This document shows, one piece after another, positions 44,201-57,459 of a DNA stretch of 64,000 nucleotides; positions within the stretch are counted from its first letter, which is position 1; each line of letters begins with the position of its first letter. The stretch spans positions 97,154,001 to 97,218,000 of the forward strand of contig NC_135890.1 of the NCBI RefSeq assembly GCF_964194155.1, given 5' to 3'. A program made the position numbers and the translations under genes. The notes below the pieces were generated by a model. The model was not told where the DNA came from. It made no database searches and saw only the letters and a list, made by a program, of their open reading frames with translations. The DNA is from Cetorhinus maximus. Taxonomy: Eukaryota.

Positions 44201-45510
44201 TGCCTGCCCTTCCTCTTAGTCCTACTGGCCATATTCACTGGTTCCCAGTCATTTATTTCATCTGCTGACCTATTGCTCTGGTTCCCACCCCCCTGCCATA
44301 CTAGTTTAAACCATCCCGAGTGACACTAGCAAACATCGCAGCCAGGATATTGGTGCCCCTCCAGTTTAGATGCAACCCGTCCTTCTTGTACAGGTCCCAC
44401 CTGCCCCAGAAGAGATCCCAATGATCCAGATATCGGAAATCCTCCCTCCTACACCATTGTTCAGCCACGTGTTTAGCTGCATTATCCTCCTATTTCTAGC
44501 CTCACTGGCACGTGGCACAGGGAGTAATCCTGAGATTACAACCTTAGCGGTCTTGTTTTTTAACTTTCTGCCTAACTCCCTGAACTCCCGCTGCAGGACC
44601 TCGTCACTCTTCCTGCCTATGTCGTTAGTACCAATGTGTACCACGACCTCTGGCTGTTCTCCCTCCCCCTTCAGAGTGTCCCGTACCCGATCAGAGACAT
44701 CCTGGACCCTGGCACCAGGGAGGCAACATACCATCCTGGTGTCTCTTTCACGACCACAGAAGCGCCTATCTGAGCCCCTGACTATAGGGTCCCCTATGAC
44801 AATTGCTCTTCTGTGCTTTGACCACCCCTGCTGAACAACAGAGCCAGCCGTGGTGCCACTGCTCTGGCTACTGCTGTTGTTTTCCTCTGATAGGCCATCC
44901 CCCCCAACAGTATCCAAAACGGTATACCTGTCAGAGAGGGGGACAGCCACAGGGGATTTCTGCACTGACTGCCTGCCCCTTCTAGCGGTCACCCATCTAT
45001 CTGTCTCTACCTTGGGTGTGACCACGTCTCCAAAACTCCTGTCAATGACGCTTTCCGCCACCTGAATGCTCCTAAGTGCATCCAACTGCTGCTCCAACCG
45101 ATCCGGTCTGTGAGGAGCTGCAATTGGGTACACTTCCTGCAGAAGTTGTCCAGGACACTTGAAGCGTCACAGATTTCTCACATCCCACAGGTGAAGCACT
45201 TCACCCAGCAACTGCCATTTCTAGAACTATTTAATAAATTAATTTAAATCTAATAAACTGCTTATTGACTCCTTATTAACTATACGTTCCCTAGGGCTAG
45301 ATTTCTACTATAAATGCTAAATTCTAAGAACAGTAATCCTCTGATTCTGGTCTAGATACCCTCTACTTATTAATTAAGTGATTAATTTATTTGGTTTAAT
45401 TAGTTTAACAATGTTTTAGTTTTAAATTCAGTGTAGATTCTCTACCAACGGTCCACGAATCCCCGAGGTAAGGTTTTTATACTCACCTCTCTGGAACTCT
45501 GCCTTCCGAC
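41289..45510 (-). mobile_element. Near full-length CR1 LINE (ORF1 SGNH esterase; ORF2 APE endonuclease + RT), inserted into an older SINE
   Basis: ORF1 IGDPIVRG..LPGARV..HIGTND; ORF2 [39 protein letters not shown]; in-frame TAG at 42103-42105; TSD TGGTCT at 41283-41288 and 45511-45516. Confidence 0.93.
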
Positions 45511-47170
45511 TGGTCTGTGTATGGTGAACATGTCACAGCAAGGGTGCTGCAGTTGGCCTCGGTGCCATGAGATTAGCGAAGGGAAATTTGGCTAAAATCC
45601 CCATTCCTGATCTCTAAGCAGTGATTCCTGATTTTTAGATGTTGGGAGAAGGCAACATTGGGCTCAATTCTGAAGCCCACTTGGTAAAATAACAAGCACT
45701 CGCAATCTAGATTCAAATCTTCAAAAGAAAATTTTTAGGGTGAATTACTTGTTGCATTTCAAGTAATTGTTCTTTTAATGGTATTTCATTATGCTACTTT
45801 TCCATGTTAAAGCCTATCAATTATTTTCATACTTTAGAATTATTTGTCGAGCGCAGTAAATGCCTGTTTTAGAAATTATTTTCTCTGTTCATAAAATCTT
45901 CAGTTGCTATTAGAGGGTTGTGGAAGTTGTAACTGTTGCAACCTGGTAGTGTTTAATTGTGATTGAAATATCAAGTTACTGATGAAAAAGCTGACACCAA
46001 AATTAAAGTACATGAAAAATAGTGCAGCTGGTCACTAAAACAATATCTTGTACCAAATGCTGAAAAATGTAATATATTGCTGCATTAGCTTCCTAGAACA
46101 TTAGTTTTGGGACACTGGTCACAGAAATAACTCCTTACTCAGGCACTAAGGTGTAAATTAGGCATTCCATCGAAAGGAGAGAGAACACTTGAGCACAAGT
46201 TTGACATGCCCATCCCTGTGCCTCCCACACCTTGATTATCGACTGCTTAACTTCTGGCTGCTAGTCTCCTGAGGTTGATTCTAAACTTGCTGCCATGGTG
46301 TTAAACTAGTGTTATAGATTGGTTATCCATTATAAAAACCATCCAATTTTAATTTATATTGTTTTTCAGTATTATCCAGTCTAACAGCAGTAAAATTAAA
46401 TCTGCCTGATGTTTCTTAACATCCTGTTGTATATATCTAATACAAATGGTGAAGAAAGAAACTTGAGAGTTACCTCTGTCCAAATTACTTTCTTGTCCTT
46501 GCCCACCTCCTTTTGTCCTTCTATAAGTTACATGTGCGTTTCCGAAGAGAAGGCGTAAATAATAATACTGGGCAAGTTGGACATTTGAGAGGAAGAGATT
46601 TTTGTAACCATGACACCTATCTTAAAGGGCCAAAGCCACTTCACGCCAAAAGATATTCCTCTAGCGCATATACCCTTCAGAGACACACTAATTACCACTG
46701 ATCAATTTCCAGCCACAATGAATAACATTTGGTCAGGGGCACACTTACAATTGATTGACCTTTGACTGCTGCTGACTTGTGCTTTTTCAAAGAATGTTGT
46801 AATAAAACTAGGTTAAAATTAAGCGATCAGATTTATTATACATTGGTATAAAATGCTTCACTTGTTAGAGAATTGTTTACATTGTCATAAAGAATCTACG
46901 GCCTAACTGATATTAAGGCAATAATGTGTGATTTTTTTTTTCTCCTATATCCTGTTTGCTCAGATATTTAGCCCCATTTTGGCCTTTGAAGTACTTAGAC
47001 CTGATTGGAAGCTGCCTTCAAGTAATCAACCATATATGTCTTTTGGGTGCTTCCTTGAAATTTTCAAACAGTGAACATTGTTTAGTATTGCAAAAAATAA
47101 TTTTCCTGAATTTGACCATTTTCATATACCAAGTATGGTTTTCATCTGGTATGTTTTTTTTTATCTTTAG

Positions 47171-47392
<222 letters not shown>

Positions 47393-48099
47393 TAAGTAAG
47401 AGGTCCTGTTGTATGCAATCATTCCAATTTCTGATTACTCATTTCTTCCATTAAGGAAAAGATTACGTTGAAAAGCAATAATTCAGTCAGTATATCTGGA
47501 TCTTAGAAAATAAAGTTTGGCACAATTTAAATGTTATTAGTATTGTGAAAACAGCTTATGCATTTCCACTGAGGTCACAAAACCAATCCTTTCAATTGGT
47601 GGGTATGTATTTAACTAGTTCTCATACACGGCACTAGATGGAGCATAGAATCTTGAGGCAAAGGCCACTGGGCCCAAGAACCCTAATAACCAATCCCAAC
47701 AAGCTGGCTTCTCAACATACCTTTTATCCTCCTCCATGCAGTCAGTTCACTGTTGAGCTTATTTCTATAATTTGGTTCAGTACTTGACCCATTTGCCACA
47801 TTTTCCCAGGTGAATTTTCAAGGCTTTACAACCCTGAAAACTTTGATTGTGTCACATCAAAAGACTCCCTTTTCCCTTTGAAAACAAGCCAACTTCTTTT
47901 AAATTGTTGAGGTAATCCATATTCTGATACTATTGAATTCTCTTTGGTGTTTGCCCCTTGTTACAAGGGTGATAATAACTTTCCTGTGATGGGTGAGCAG
48001 AACTCCACTCAGTACTGTGACGACCTAAGTTGACAACTGTCTTATACCATGAGAATGCAACCTTTTGTGAGTTGTACAGGTTTCTGATCCCGTCACAAT

Positions 48100-49545
48100 A
48101 GCGAAGCAGCCCTTGTCAAATCACAAATACCATCCTATACGGCTGATGGTGGCAAACTATCCTTCCTACCCTTCTCTGCCTGTCTGTAACTTTAGACATG
48201 ATTGACCACACTATCCTCCACTGACAGCTTTCTACTGTTGCCCAGCTGGATGGGGCTGCACTCACCTGGTTCCATCCTTATTTACCAGTCACAGCCAGAG
48301 AATCACCTTAAATTACTTCTCTTCCCCTCTTCCCCCAATAATTAACATCTCATTGGGGACCCACTTACTTACAATTGATTGACCTTTGACTGCTGCTGAC
48401 TTGTGCTTTTTAAAAAAAAATGTTGTTATAAACCTAGGTTAAAATTCAGTGATCAGGTTTATTATGCATTGGTATAAAACCCTTCACTTGTTAGAGAATT
48501 GTTTATGTTGTCATAAAGAGTCTCTGGTCTAACTGAAATGAAGGCAATAATGCATGATTTATTTTGATATCCTGGCCGCTCAGATATTTTGCCCCATTTT
48601 GGCCTTTGGAACACCATTACCTCTGGTGTTCCCCAAGGTTTTCCCCCCTCATTATTCTTTATCTACCTGTTGCCTCTCAGCAACATCATCTGAAAATGCT
48701 GTCAGTTTTCTATATGTATGCTGATGATACACAGTTAACTTCCACCCTCAACCCCCTTTACTGTCTCTAATTTGTCCAACATCCGGCACTGGATGAGCAA
48801 AATTTTTCTGCAACTAAATATTGGGAAGACTGAAGCCATTATCTTTGATTGATGCCACAAACTCCACTCCCTAGCCACCGTTCCATTCTCCTCCCAGGCA
48901 ACTGTCTGCAGCTGAACCAGACTGTCCACAGCCTTGGTGTTATATGTGACCCTGACTTGGGCTTCCATGCCCGTGCCAATCTTAAGACCATCTGCTTCCA
49001 CCTCCATAACTTCATTAAACTCCACCCCTGCGTCAGCTCATTTGCTACTGAAACTCTTCTTGTCTTTGTTACCTCTAGACTTTACTATTCCAACACATAC
49101 CAAGTTGGCCTCCTATCTTCCGCCATCTCCAATCTTGGGGTCGTGCAAAACTTTTGCTACCCATGTCCTAACTCGCACTGAGTTCCGGTTGCTTGTCACC
49201 CCTGCATTGACCTACCTTGACTCTTGGTTAAAGAATTAAAAGCCTTATCTTTGTTTTCAGATCCCTCTATGACCTCTCCTTCCTATCTTTGTAACTTCCT
49301 CTAGCCCTTCAACCCTCAGATATCTGCAAACCTCCACTTCTGGCCTCAGCATCCCGATTTTAATCACTGCACCCAAGCTCTGGAATTCTTTCCCTAAACC
49401 TCGTCGCATTGCTATTTCTCTTTCTTCCTTTAGGACACTCCTTGAAACCTGACTCTTTGACCAAGCTTTTGGTCATCTGTTCTACTAAATCCTAATGTAA
49501 CTTAGTGTCAAAATTTGTTTGATAACATGCTGTGAAGTGCCTTGT
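48100..49545 (+). mobile_element. Degenerate L2 LINE (RT region to 3' end), interrupted by a 270-bp local duplication
   Basis: TSGVPQG, YADDTQL, LQLNIGKTEAI and VTSRLYYSN remnants. Confidence 0.8.
48340..48610 (+). repeat. Direct copy of intron 14 sequence 46720-46990
   Basis: Long identical runs, e.g. acttacaattgattgacctttgactgctgctgacttgtgcttttt and cagatattt.gccccattttggcctttg. Confidence 0.9.
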
Positions 49546-49959
49546 ATTTACATAGTACTTCTAGCATAATAAATCAAGTTGTTGCTGGTTATTTTGCCTT
49601 ATTGCTGTAGTTTCAAAAAGGGAAGAAATCAGACCCATGTATCCAAGACTTAGCCAAATACCTGTTACTCGGTAAAATAATGGAAACCAACGCAGGAGCT
49701 GCAATAGATTAATAAAACCAGCATTGACGAAAAGAGGAATGTTGCTTAGCAAGCCACTTTAACTTCTTTGAGGGTGTGACAAATAAATTAAATGCCTTTC
49801 TTTAGTCTCATTGACAAGGTTGCACTTGAGAGGCTCTTACTACAACTCAAATGCCTGGTAATATGAGATGAATAGCAGTGATCTACCTAAGGGCAAGCCC
49901 TCTGTTAATTTCTCCACACCTAATGGCCTTGTGCTTTTCTCTTCAGTTGCTCATAGGGG

Positions 49960-52900
49960 CCTCCTGTGAATACTGAGCATTGGTACTCGGGGAACAGTGA
50001 GCTATTCAGTTGGGATGGGCTCTGCTTGAGCTGGACTGGGACCAGTGTCCTGGCCAATTGTATAAATAGGGCTGAGGGTGGGGCGGGTAGGGTAAGGGTG
50101 AAGGAAGATTTAGAATTCCAAAGAGAGAGGCCGAGGCATCAGAACAGTCTAGCGATGTGGGTAAAGACAAGTGGAGTGGAGTGGGATGGGAAGGGACAGA
50201 GTTTAGCAAAAATTGTACATCAGTAATTGCAGGGAATCAAAGTAAAAAAAAAAAAATGAAATCAGGTGTTCTTTATCTGAATGCATAAAGCAGCTGCAAT
50301 AAGATAGATGAGCTAGCGGCATATATAGAGGCAAATAATTTAGATCTAATCACCATTACAGAGACAAGATGATCAAGGCTGGGAAATAAATATTCCAGGG
50401 TGTACACTATTTTGGAAAAACAGACAGAATGGTAAAGGTGAAGGGGTAGCCCTGGTGGTAAAGGATGACATAAGCACGTGAGTGAGAAAGGGTCTGGCCT
50501 CAGAAGATCATTTGTAGAATCAGTATGGGTGGAAATTCGGAATAGCAAAAGTCAGAAAACATTGGTGGGCGTAGTTTATAGAGATGTAATAATTGTGGGG
50601 GACTTTAAGCTGCATATAGACTGGGACAATCAATTTGGCAAGAGTGGTCTAGAAGATGAGTTTATAGAATGTTTTCATGACAGTTTCTTGGAGAAACACA
50701 TTGTGGAACCATCAATGGATAAAGCTATCTTACATCTGGTATTGTTTAATGAAGCAGTGTTAATTAGTAATGTCATATTAAAAGTTCCACTGGGAAATAA
50801 TGATCATAATACCATTGAATTCCATGCTAGGTTTGAAAATGACATACTGCAATCATGAACAAGAATCTTAAACTTAAAGCCAATTACATAGGTATATGGG
50901 GAGAAGTGGCTAAGGTTAATTGGGTAAATAGAGTAAAAGCTATGTAGGTAAATGAACAGTGGGAAGCATTTAAAGAAACAATTCAAATTGTTCAACAAAA
51001 ATGAATTCCATTGAAAAGCAAAAACTGAGCAAAGAAGTTCCATTTGTGGCTCACTCAGGAAGTTAAGGATAGTATTTGATTAAAAGAAGAGGCTTATAAT
51101 GTTGTAAAAAATAGTAGCAAGTCTGGGGATTGGGAGTGTTTTAGAAACCAACAGATGGCCACCAAAAAGTTGATAAAAAGGGAAAAAATTAGAATGAGAG
51201 TAAACTAGCCAGAAATATAAAAACAGATTAAGAGCTTATATAATTATATTAAAAAGAGAGTAGCTAAAGTAAATGTTGGTCCCTTAGAAGCAAAGACTGG
51301 AGAAATTATCATGGGGAATGAGGAAATGGCAGAGCCATTGAACAAATATTTTGTGTCTGTCTTCACAGTAGAAGACACAAGTTTCATACCAGAAATAGAC
51401 TAACCTAGGGGCTAAAAAGAGTGAGGAAATTAAGAAAATTAATATCAGCAGAGAACAAGTATTGGGGAAACTTAAGGGATGAGCATCAACAAATCCCTGG
51501 GAGCTGATGGCCTATACCCTAGCTTCTAAAAGAGTTGCAGAGAGAGTGGATATTCTGGCTATGATTTCCCTAAATTCCTTAGGAACAGTCCCATTAGACT
51601 CGAAGATGGCAAGTGTTACACTGCTTTTCAAGAAAAGAGGGAGAGAGAAAACGATGAACTACAGACCAATTAGCCTTACATCAGTTGTTGGGAAAATGTG
51701 GGACTCTATTATTAAGGAAGCCTTAACAATGCACTTAGAAAAGCATAATATGATTAGAACAAGTCAACATGGTTTTGCTAAAGGGGAACCCTGTTTGACA
51801 AATTTATTAGAGCAATTTGAGGATGTAACTAGTAAGGTAGATAAAGGGGAATCAGTCGACATATTATAACTGGATTTCCAAAAGGCATTCAGTGAGGTGC
51901 CACACACAATGTTAATAGGCAAGACAAGGGCTCATGGAGTTGGAGGTTATACTTTAGCATGGATAGAGGATTGTTGAATGGATAGGAAGCAGGGAGTGGG
52001 TATAAATGGGGCCTTTTCAAGTTGACAGGAAGTGAATAGTGGAGTGCTGCAAGGATCAGTGCTGGGGCCTCAACTGTTTACAATCTATATTAATGACTTA
52101 GGTGAAGAGACAGAGTAATGTATCTAGGTTTGTTGACGACACCAAGCTAGGTGGGAAGGCGAGCTGTGGGGAAGACACAGCGAGGCTGCAAAGAGACATA
52201 GGTTAAATGAGTGGACAACAAAATGGCAGATGGTGTATGATGTAGGGAAGTGTATTCACTTTGGTCTTAAGAATAGAAAAGCAGAATTTTTTAAAGGGAA
52301 TGAAACTTGTATGTGTTGATGCTCAAAGGGTCTTGGGTGTGCTTGTGCAAGGAATGCAGAAAGTTAGAAAATTAGGAAGGCAGATGGCATGTTGGCCTTT
52401 ATTGCAAGAGGATTGGAATATAAGAATAAAGAAGTCTTACTACAATTGTACTGGGTTTTGGTGAGATCACATCTAGAATACTGTGTGCAGTTTTGATCTC
52501 CACATTTAAGAAAGGATATACTTGCATTGGAGGCAGTACAGTGAATGATCACTAAATTGGTCCCTGGGATGAGGGAGGTTGTCTTATGATGAGAGGTTAA
52601 GTATTTTGGGCTTATATTCTCCAGAGTTTAGAAGAATGAGAGGTGATCTCATTGAAACCTACAGAATTCTGAAGGGGCTTCTAGGGTCGATGCTGAGAGA
52701 TTGTTTCTGTTGGTTGGGGAGCCTAAAACACGGGAGCACAGTCTCAGGATAAGGGGCCGTCATTTAGGACTGAGATGAGGAGAAATTACTTCAGTCAAAG
52801 GGTTGTGAATCTTTGGCATTCTCTACTGTGGAGGGTTGTAGATGCTCCATCATTGAATGTATTTAAAGCTGGGATAGACAGATTTTTTGGTCTCAAGGAG

Positions 52901-53028
52901 TTAAGGGGTGTGGAGAGCAGGCGGGAAAATGGGAGTTGAAGCCCAAGATCAACCATGATCATATTGAATGGCAAAGCAGGCTCAACAGCCTATATGGTCT
53001 ACTCCTACTCCTATTTCTTGTGTTCTTA
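49960..53028 (+). mobile_element. Long degenerate CR1 LINE (end of ORF1 + ORF2 with many stops)
   Basis: VGDFKLHIDW, LGNNDHN, NYRPISLTSVVGK, SQHGF, FVDDTK; ttcttgtgttctt tail. Confidence 0.9.
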
Positions 53029-53372
53029 TTCTGAGGGGACTTGATGGAGTGGATGCTGGAAGGATATTTCATCTTGAGGGGAAGCCTCAAATTAGGCGAC
53101 CCAGTTTAAAAAAAATTAGGGGTCTCCCATTTAGGACAGAGAGGAGGAGAATTTTTTTCTGTGAGGGTTGTTAGTCTGTGGAATTCTCTTCCCCAAAGGC
53201 TGGGTTATTGAATATATTCAAGGCTGAGTTAGATTTTTGATCAACAAGGGAGTCAAGTATAGGGGCAGGCAGGCAAGTGAAGTTAGGGCCGCAGTCAGAC
53301 CAGCCATGATCTTACCCAATGATGGAGCAGACTCGAGGGGCTGAATGGCTTACTGCTCCTAGTTCTTGTGTT
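53029..53372 (+). mobile_element. Adjacent CR1 3' fragment
   Basis: LRGLDGVDAGRIF..GLPFRTERRRIFF; 3' UTR and tail related to 52900-53028. Confidence 0.8.
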
Positions 53373-53584
53373 CCAAGCCTGTAGAAGTTATACAGAGGTT
53401 AAAGCATGCACTGGTTAGACCACAATTTTACCATGAGCTATTTTCATTTGAAAAAAACAGAGGGAGCAACATGAATGATCCTAAAATCGATCAGAAAAGC
53501 CTAGAAATGTTTATGCTGCATAATCTGGAGAAGGGTTGAAGAGGAGCCTCATTAATGCGCGATATACTTTTCAATACTCTATTA

Positions 53585-54630
53585 TAATTTATTTTATTTA
53601 GTGTGCGCATAGTCATAGAACCAAGCAGTAGCCTTGTCAGTGACTTGATGGAGTTCTTTAAGCTTGCCTTCAAGTTTAGTCAGTGGACACTCCTCGACAA
53701 TGTAAGTCATTGATTGGATTGCACACAACTGCAGCCTGGATAGTCTTGGCGACCCCACTGATGTTGGGCAGCTGCACAGAGGCATTGGCCAATCCGGAAA
53801 TGGTTTAAAAGAGCCCACCACTGCTCTGGGAGATTGAAGCCAGGTGAACAAGCAGTGGCGTCTATGATGGAGTGCTTTCTGGTGGATGTTTTCTCCTGCC
53901 ATAGGCCCTCCTCATAGTGGGTTTAACCATATCTAGTGACGTGACAGCTGGTGGCTGTGAAAGTTCTTGACTAAGGGCAGGCTTGAGTTGGCCTCAGAGT
54001 TGGACCTTCTCCAGTAGCTTGCCAGTTGCAATTGCTCTCCTGATGTGTGGGGGGCAATGATGCTCAGGACTGGGAGGCGAGTTGGGCGAAGAGTAGCTGT
54101 GTTGATGTACATTGTTGGGTTGAGTTGCGCGTTGCTAAGTTTGGTGTGAGCAGATTGGTGAGTTTGTGATGGTAAGAGCAGAGGTCCTGAGGGGTCTTGG
54201 CCTGTGATACTGAGGAGATTATTGAAGGTTTTAATTTTTTCTGCAGTCCTGGTGAGGTGCTGTCTCCAAGCAGGGGTTTTGTCAAGGATGACACCGAGAT
54301 AAACAGGGTAGGGATCATGCTTCAGTCTCTGACCATCCAGGGTGATGTTCAGTTCCCTCTTAGCACTGGCATTATGAAGGTGGAATGTGCTAGAGACTGT
54401 TTTACTAGTGCTTGAATTTAGGCACCAGATCTTGCGGTAGTTGGCCAGTTTGCAATATTGTCATTTAGCGTATCTTCCAGCTTTGAACAAGGAAGAAGCA
54501 AGTGATCAGGTCCTCGCATTAACCACGTTCACTGAAAATAGTTTTCAAAGGAATCTTAAAACACGGGTGTTTTTCCTTGACCTCACTGCAGCATACGATA
54601 CAGTTTGGCACATTGGCCTGTTTGTCAACT
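53585..54630 (-). mobile_element. Vingi/Ingi-like (I group) LINE fragment with an inverted 5' segment
   Basis: - strand: RELNITLDGQRLKHDPYPVYLGV and zinc-knuckle QSMTYIVEECPLTKLEG; + strand 54480-54630: DQVLALTTF.EN.FQ..LKT..FLDLTAAYDTVWH.GL. Confidence 0.75.
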
Positions 54631-55290
54631 CAGAACCTTACTTCAAAATAAGTTGTCCCAGTAAGACAAGATGTTCATTTAAAATGCACCTTAGAAAAAA
54701 ATCATTGCTCAAAGGATAGTAGATAATTTTAAATGTTGCCTGGGTAAGGTTGTGGGACTAAAAGATATTGGAGCCATTAGAATATGCATTTGGAATACAA
54801 GACTGAGAGAGTTGGAGCACCAGAGTGACTAGCTGGACCATAAATGGCTTTTCTTGACCTATCACCTAGTTTCTCTTTGCTTATTCAGTCCAGATTCACT
54901 TTTGCCTTTTTCTTAGTAACGAAGCACTCTGTTGATGCCTTAATAGATTTTATAATTTATTGATTCATGACCATTGCATCTCACTTGATCGTTACAGTGG
55001 TTTCACTGTTGCATTTAACACATGTCCCTCTTGTAGTGCCTTCTTCCAAAACTTAATTTTCATCATGACACGGGTAAGGAGCAGCTTGGATGTGATGCTC
55101 CCCAATGTCCAAATGCATTCTCATTTGAAGCAGGAGACATTGGAAAGAGGTCAAGAATGGAGCCCTAGCTGATTTAACTGCCCCTGTCCCTGCCACCACC
55201 CCCATTCCAGCAGAGATCAGCTAATTCAATTTGTACCAGGCTGCAAATTGAGGACCAGTAAGCTCAGCTGTGATTTTGGATAAACTTAAT

Positions 55291-55945
55291 GGGCAGAATT
55301 TTGCCTTTGACGGGTGGACGGGCCCCACAGGCTCGGCAGTGGGCGGGCAGCCAATCGCCGCCACCAAAACGGGCCCTGCCGCCATTTTGAGTGGGCGGGC
55401 CACCTGACAGGAAGCGCTATGCGCTTCCTGTGGTGGGCGGGGTGGGGGGGTAGGAATTCTCCAACTGTCAAAGTGCGCTGTTTCACGCATACACACAAAA
55501 GAGCGCACATCTCCCTGAGACTAAGTGCTGTCTCAGTGAGAGCGCTGAAAGTTTTATAAACCTAAAAAAATAGAAAAATAAATAAATTATTCACATGTCC
55601 CCCTCATATGACAATGTCACACGAGATGGGACATGTTGATAAATATCACAAAGCTTATTAAAGTTTTTTAAAACAGACATGAAACCTCATCCCGCCAGTG
55701 GATGAGGTTTCATGTTTTTTCAGAAGCCTTAAGGTTGACGGGCAGGGCCTTTAATTGGCGTAATTATCCTGTCAATGGCCTCAATTGGCCATTGACAGGT
55801 CAGCGGGTGGACAGCTGATTTTGCTGTCCGCCCGCCTTCCTGAATATTTAAATGGGGCGGGATGACGTCAGGGGTTCCCCCCGGCGTCATTTTCACGACG
55901 GCGAGAGGGCTCCGCCCCCAACTCACTGACGGGAAAATTCTGGCC
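55291..55945. mobile_element. Harbinger/PIF-like MITE (655 bp)
   Basis: TIR GGGCAGAATTTT / AAAATTCTGGCC; 3-bp TSD AAT at 55288-55290 and 55946-55948; CpG-rich; internal hairpins. Confidence 0.8.
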
Positions 55946-57459
55946 AATGTGTCATTGGGGAAACATTATTTCACACAACTTTGCGTTGAACTGCATCTGT
56001 CAACCATTGTGTTAATGATCTAAATCTTTCTGAATCCAATTGCGTTGTTGCCTGCTTTTTTAATGAGTCCTGTTTCAAGCCATTAATAAAATAATTCCAG
56101 TGCTCCCTGATGCCTGGCGATTAAAATTCATAACTTCTTTGAAGCTTAAAAATATCTTTAAACTTGTTTTGCTATATTTATAATCAGCCGTATATTATAA
56201 AATAATAACATATGCTACCCAGAACCACAGAGAATCACAGAATTGTTGTACTGCGCAGAAGGAAGCCATTCAGTCTATCGTGTCTACACCAGCTCTCCAA
56301 AGTGAGCTATTCACCTAGTGCCATTCCCCTGCCTTCCCCCTGTAACCCTCCACATTCTTTCTTTACAGATAACAGTCCAATTCCCTTTTGAATGCTTTGA
56401 TTAAACCAGCCTCCACCATACTTTTGGGCATTCCAGACCCCAACCACTCGCTGCATGAAAAGGTTTTTCCTTGGGACATTTTTTGCTGCTTTTGCCAATT
56501 GATTTAAATCTGTGCCCTCTCATTCTCGATCCTTTCATGAACGGCAACAATTTCTCCCTATCTACTTCGTCAGGACCCCTCATGATTTTGAACGCCTCTG
56601 TCAAATCTTTTCTTGACTTTCTTCAAGGAAAACAGTCTCAAGTCCCTCATCCCTGGAACCATTCTTGTGAATTTTTACTGCAATCTTGTCAAGGCCTTCA
56701 CATCTCTCCTAAAATATAGTGCCCAGAACTGTACGCAATACTGCAGCTGAGGCTGAACTAGTGCCTTATACAAGTTCAACATTACCTCCTTGCTCTTGTA
56801 GCCTAGCACCCTAATTAATAAAGCCCAAGATACTGTATGCCTCAACCTGCCGTGCCACCTTAAATAATTTATGCACGTGTACACCCAGGATCCTCTGCTC
56901 CTGAGCCCCTTTCAGAGTTAGACCCTGAATTTTAGATCGTGTCTCACGTTCTTACCAAAATAAATCACTTCACATTTCTAGTGTATCAACTGTTTAGAAT
57001 TCAGAGCAGAAGGGCTGATACTGCTAGGCATCATGTGACCATAAAATTACACAGTAGTTAAGAGTTGTTTAAAGGTACTATTTGAAAGGCTAGGTAAGGT
57101 AAATATGCATGACAATTAAAAGCTCCAAACAGATGGACCCATCTCTGCCTCCTCCTTAGTCTGCCTGATTTTGTATGGCAAATGTTGGACAGCTACGGTT
57201 AAACTCAAAACACAGTCTCAGAGTTTTGGATTTTACCCGTAGATATGAAGACTTTAGTCATCCAGCTTGTAGAGTTCTGTGTAGACTGAATGATCTGTCA
57301 CCAAAATACACTGCCAGTGAGCAGGAAAGCACTGAAAGACCAACAATCCAAGGAATTAATGGTAACAATGTTATAAGTTGCAAGAGATTAAACAATTGTA
57401 AAGGCCACTGAAATAGATTCGAAAGGAACACATTTTAAGGCTTTTCTGTTGCACACATT

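Noticed and set aside
56211-56220. Possible TSD for the retrocopy (ccc here and at 59632-59634)
   Set aside because: Only 3 bp; not distinguishable from chance
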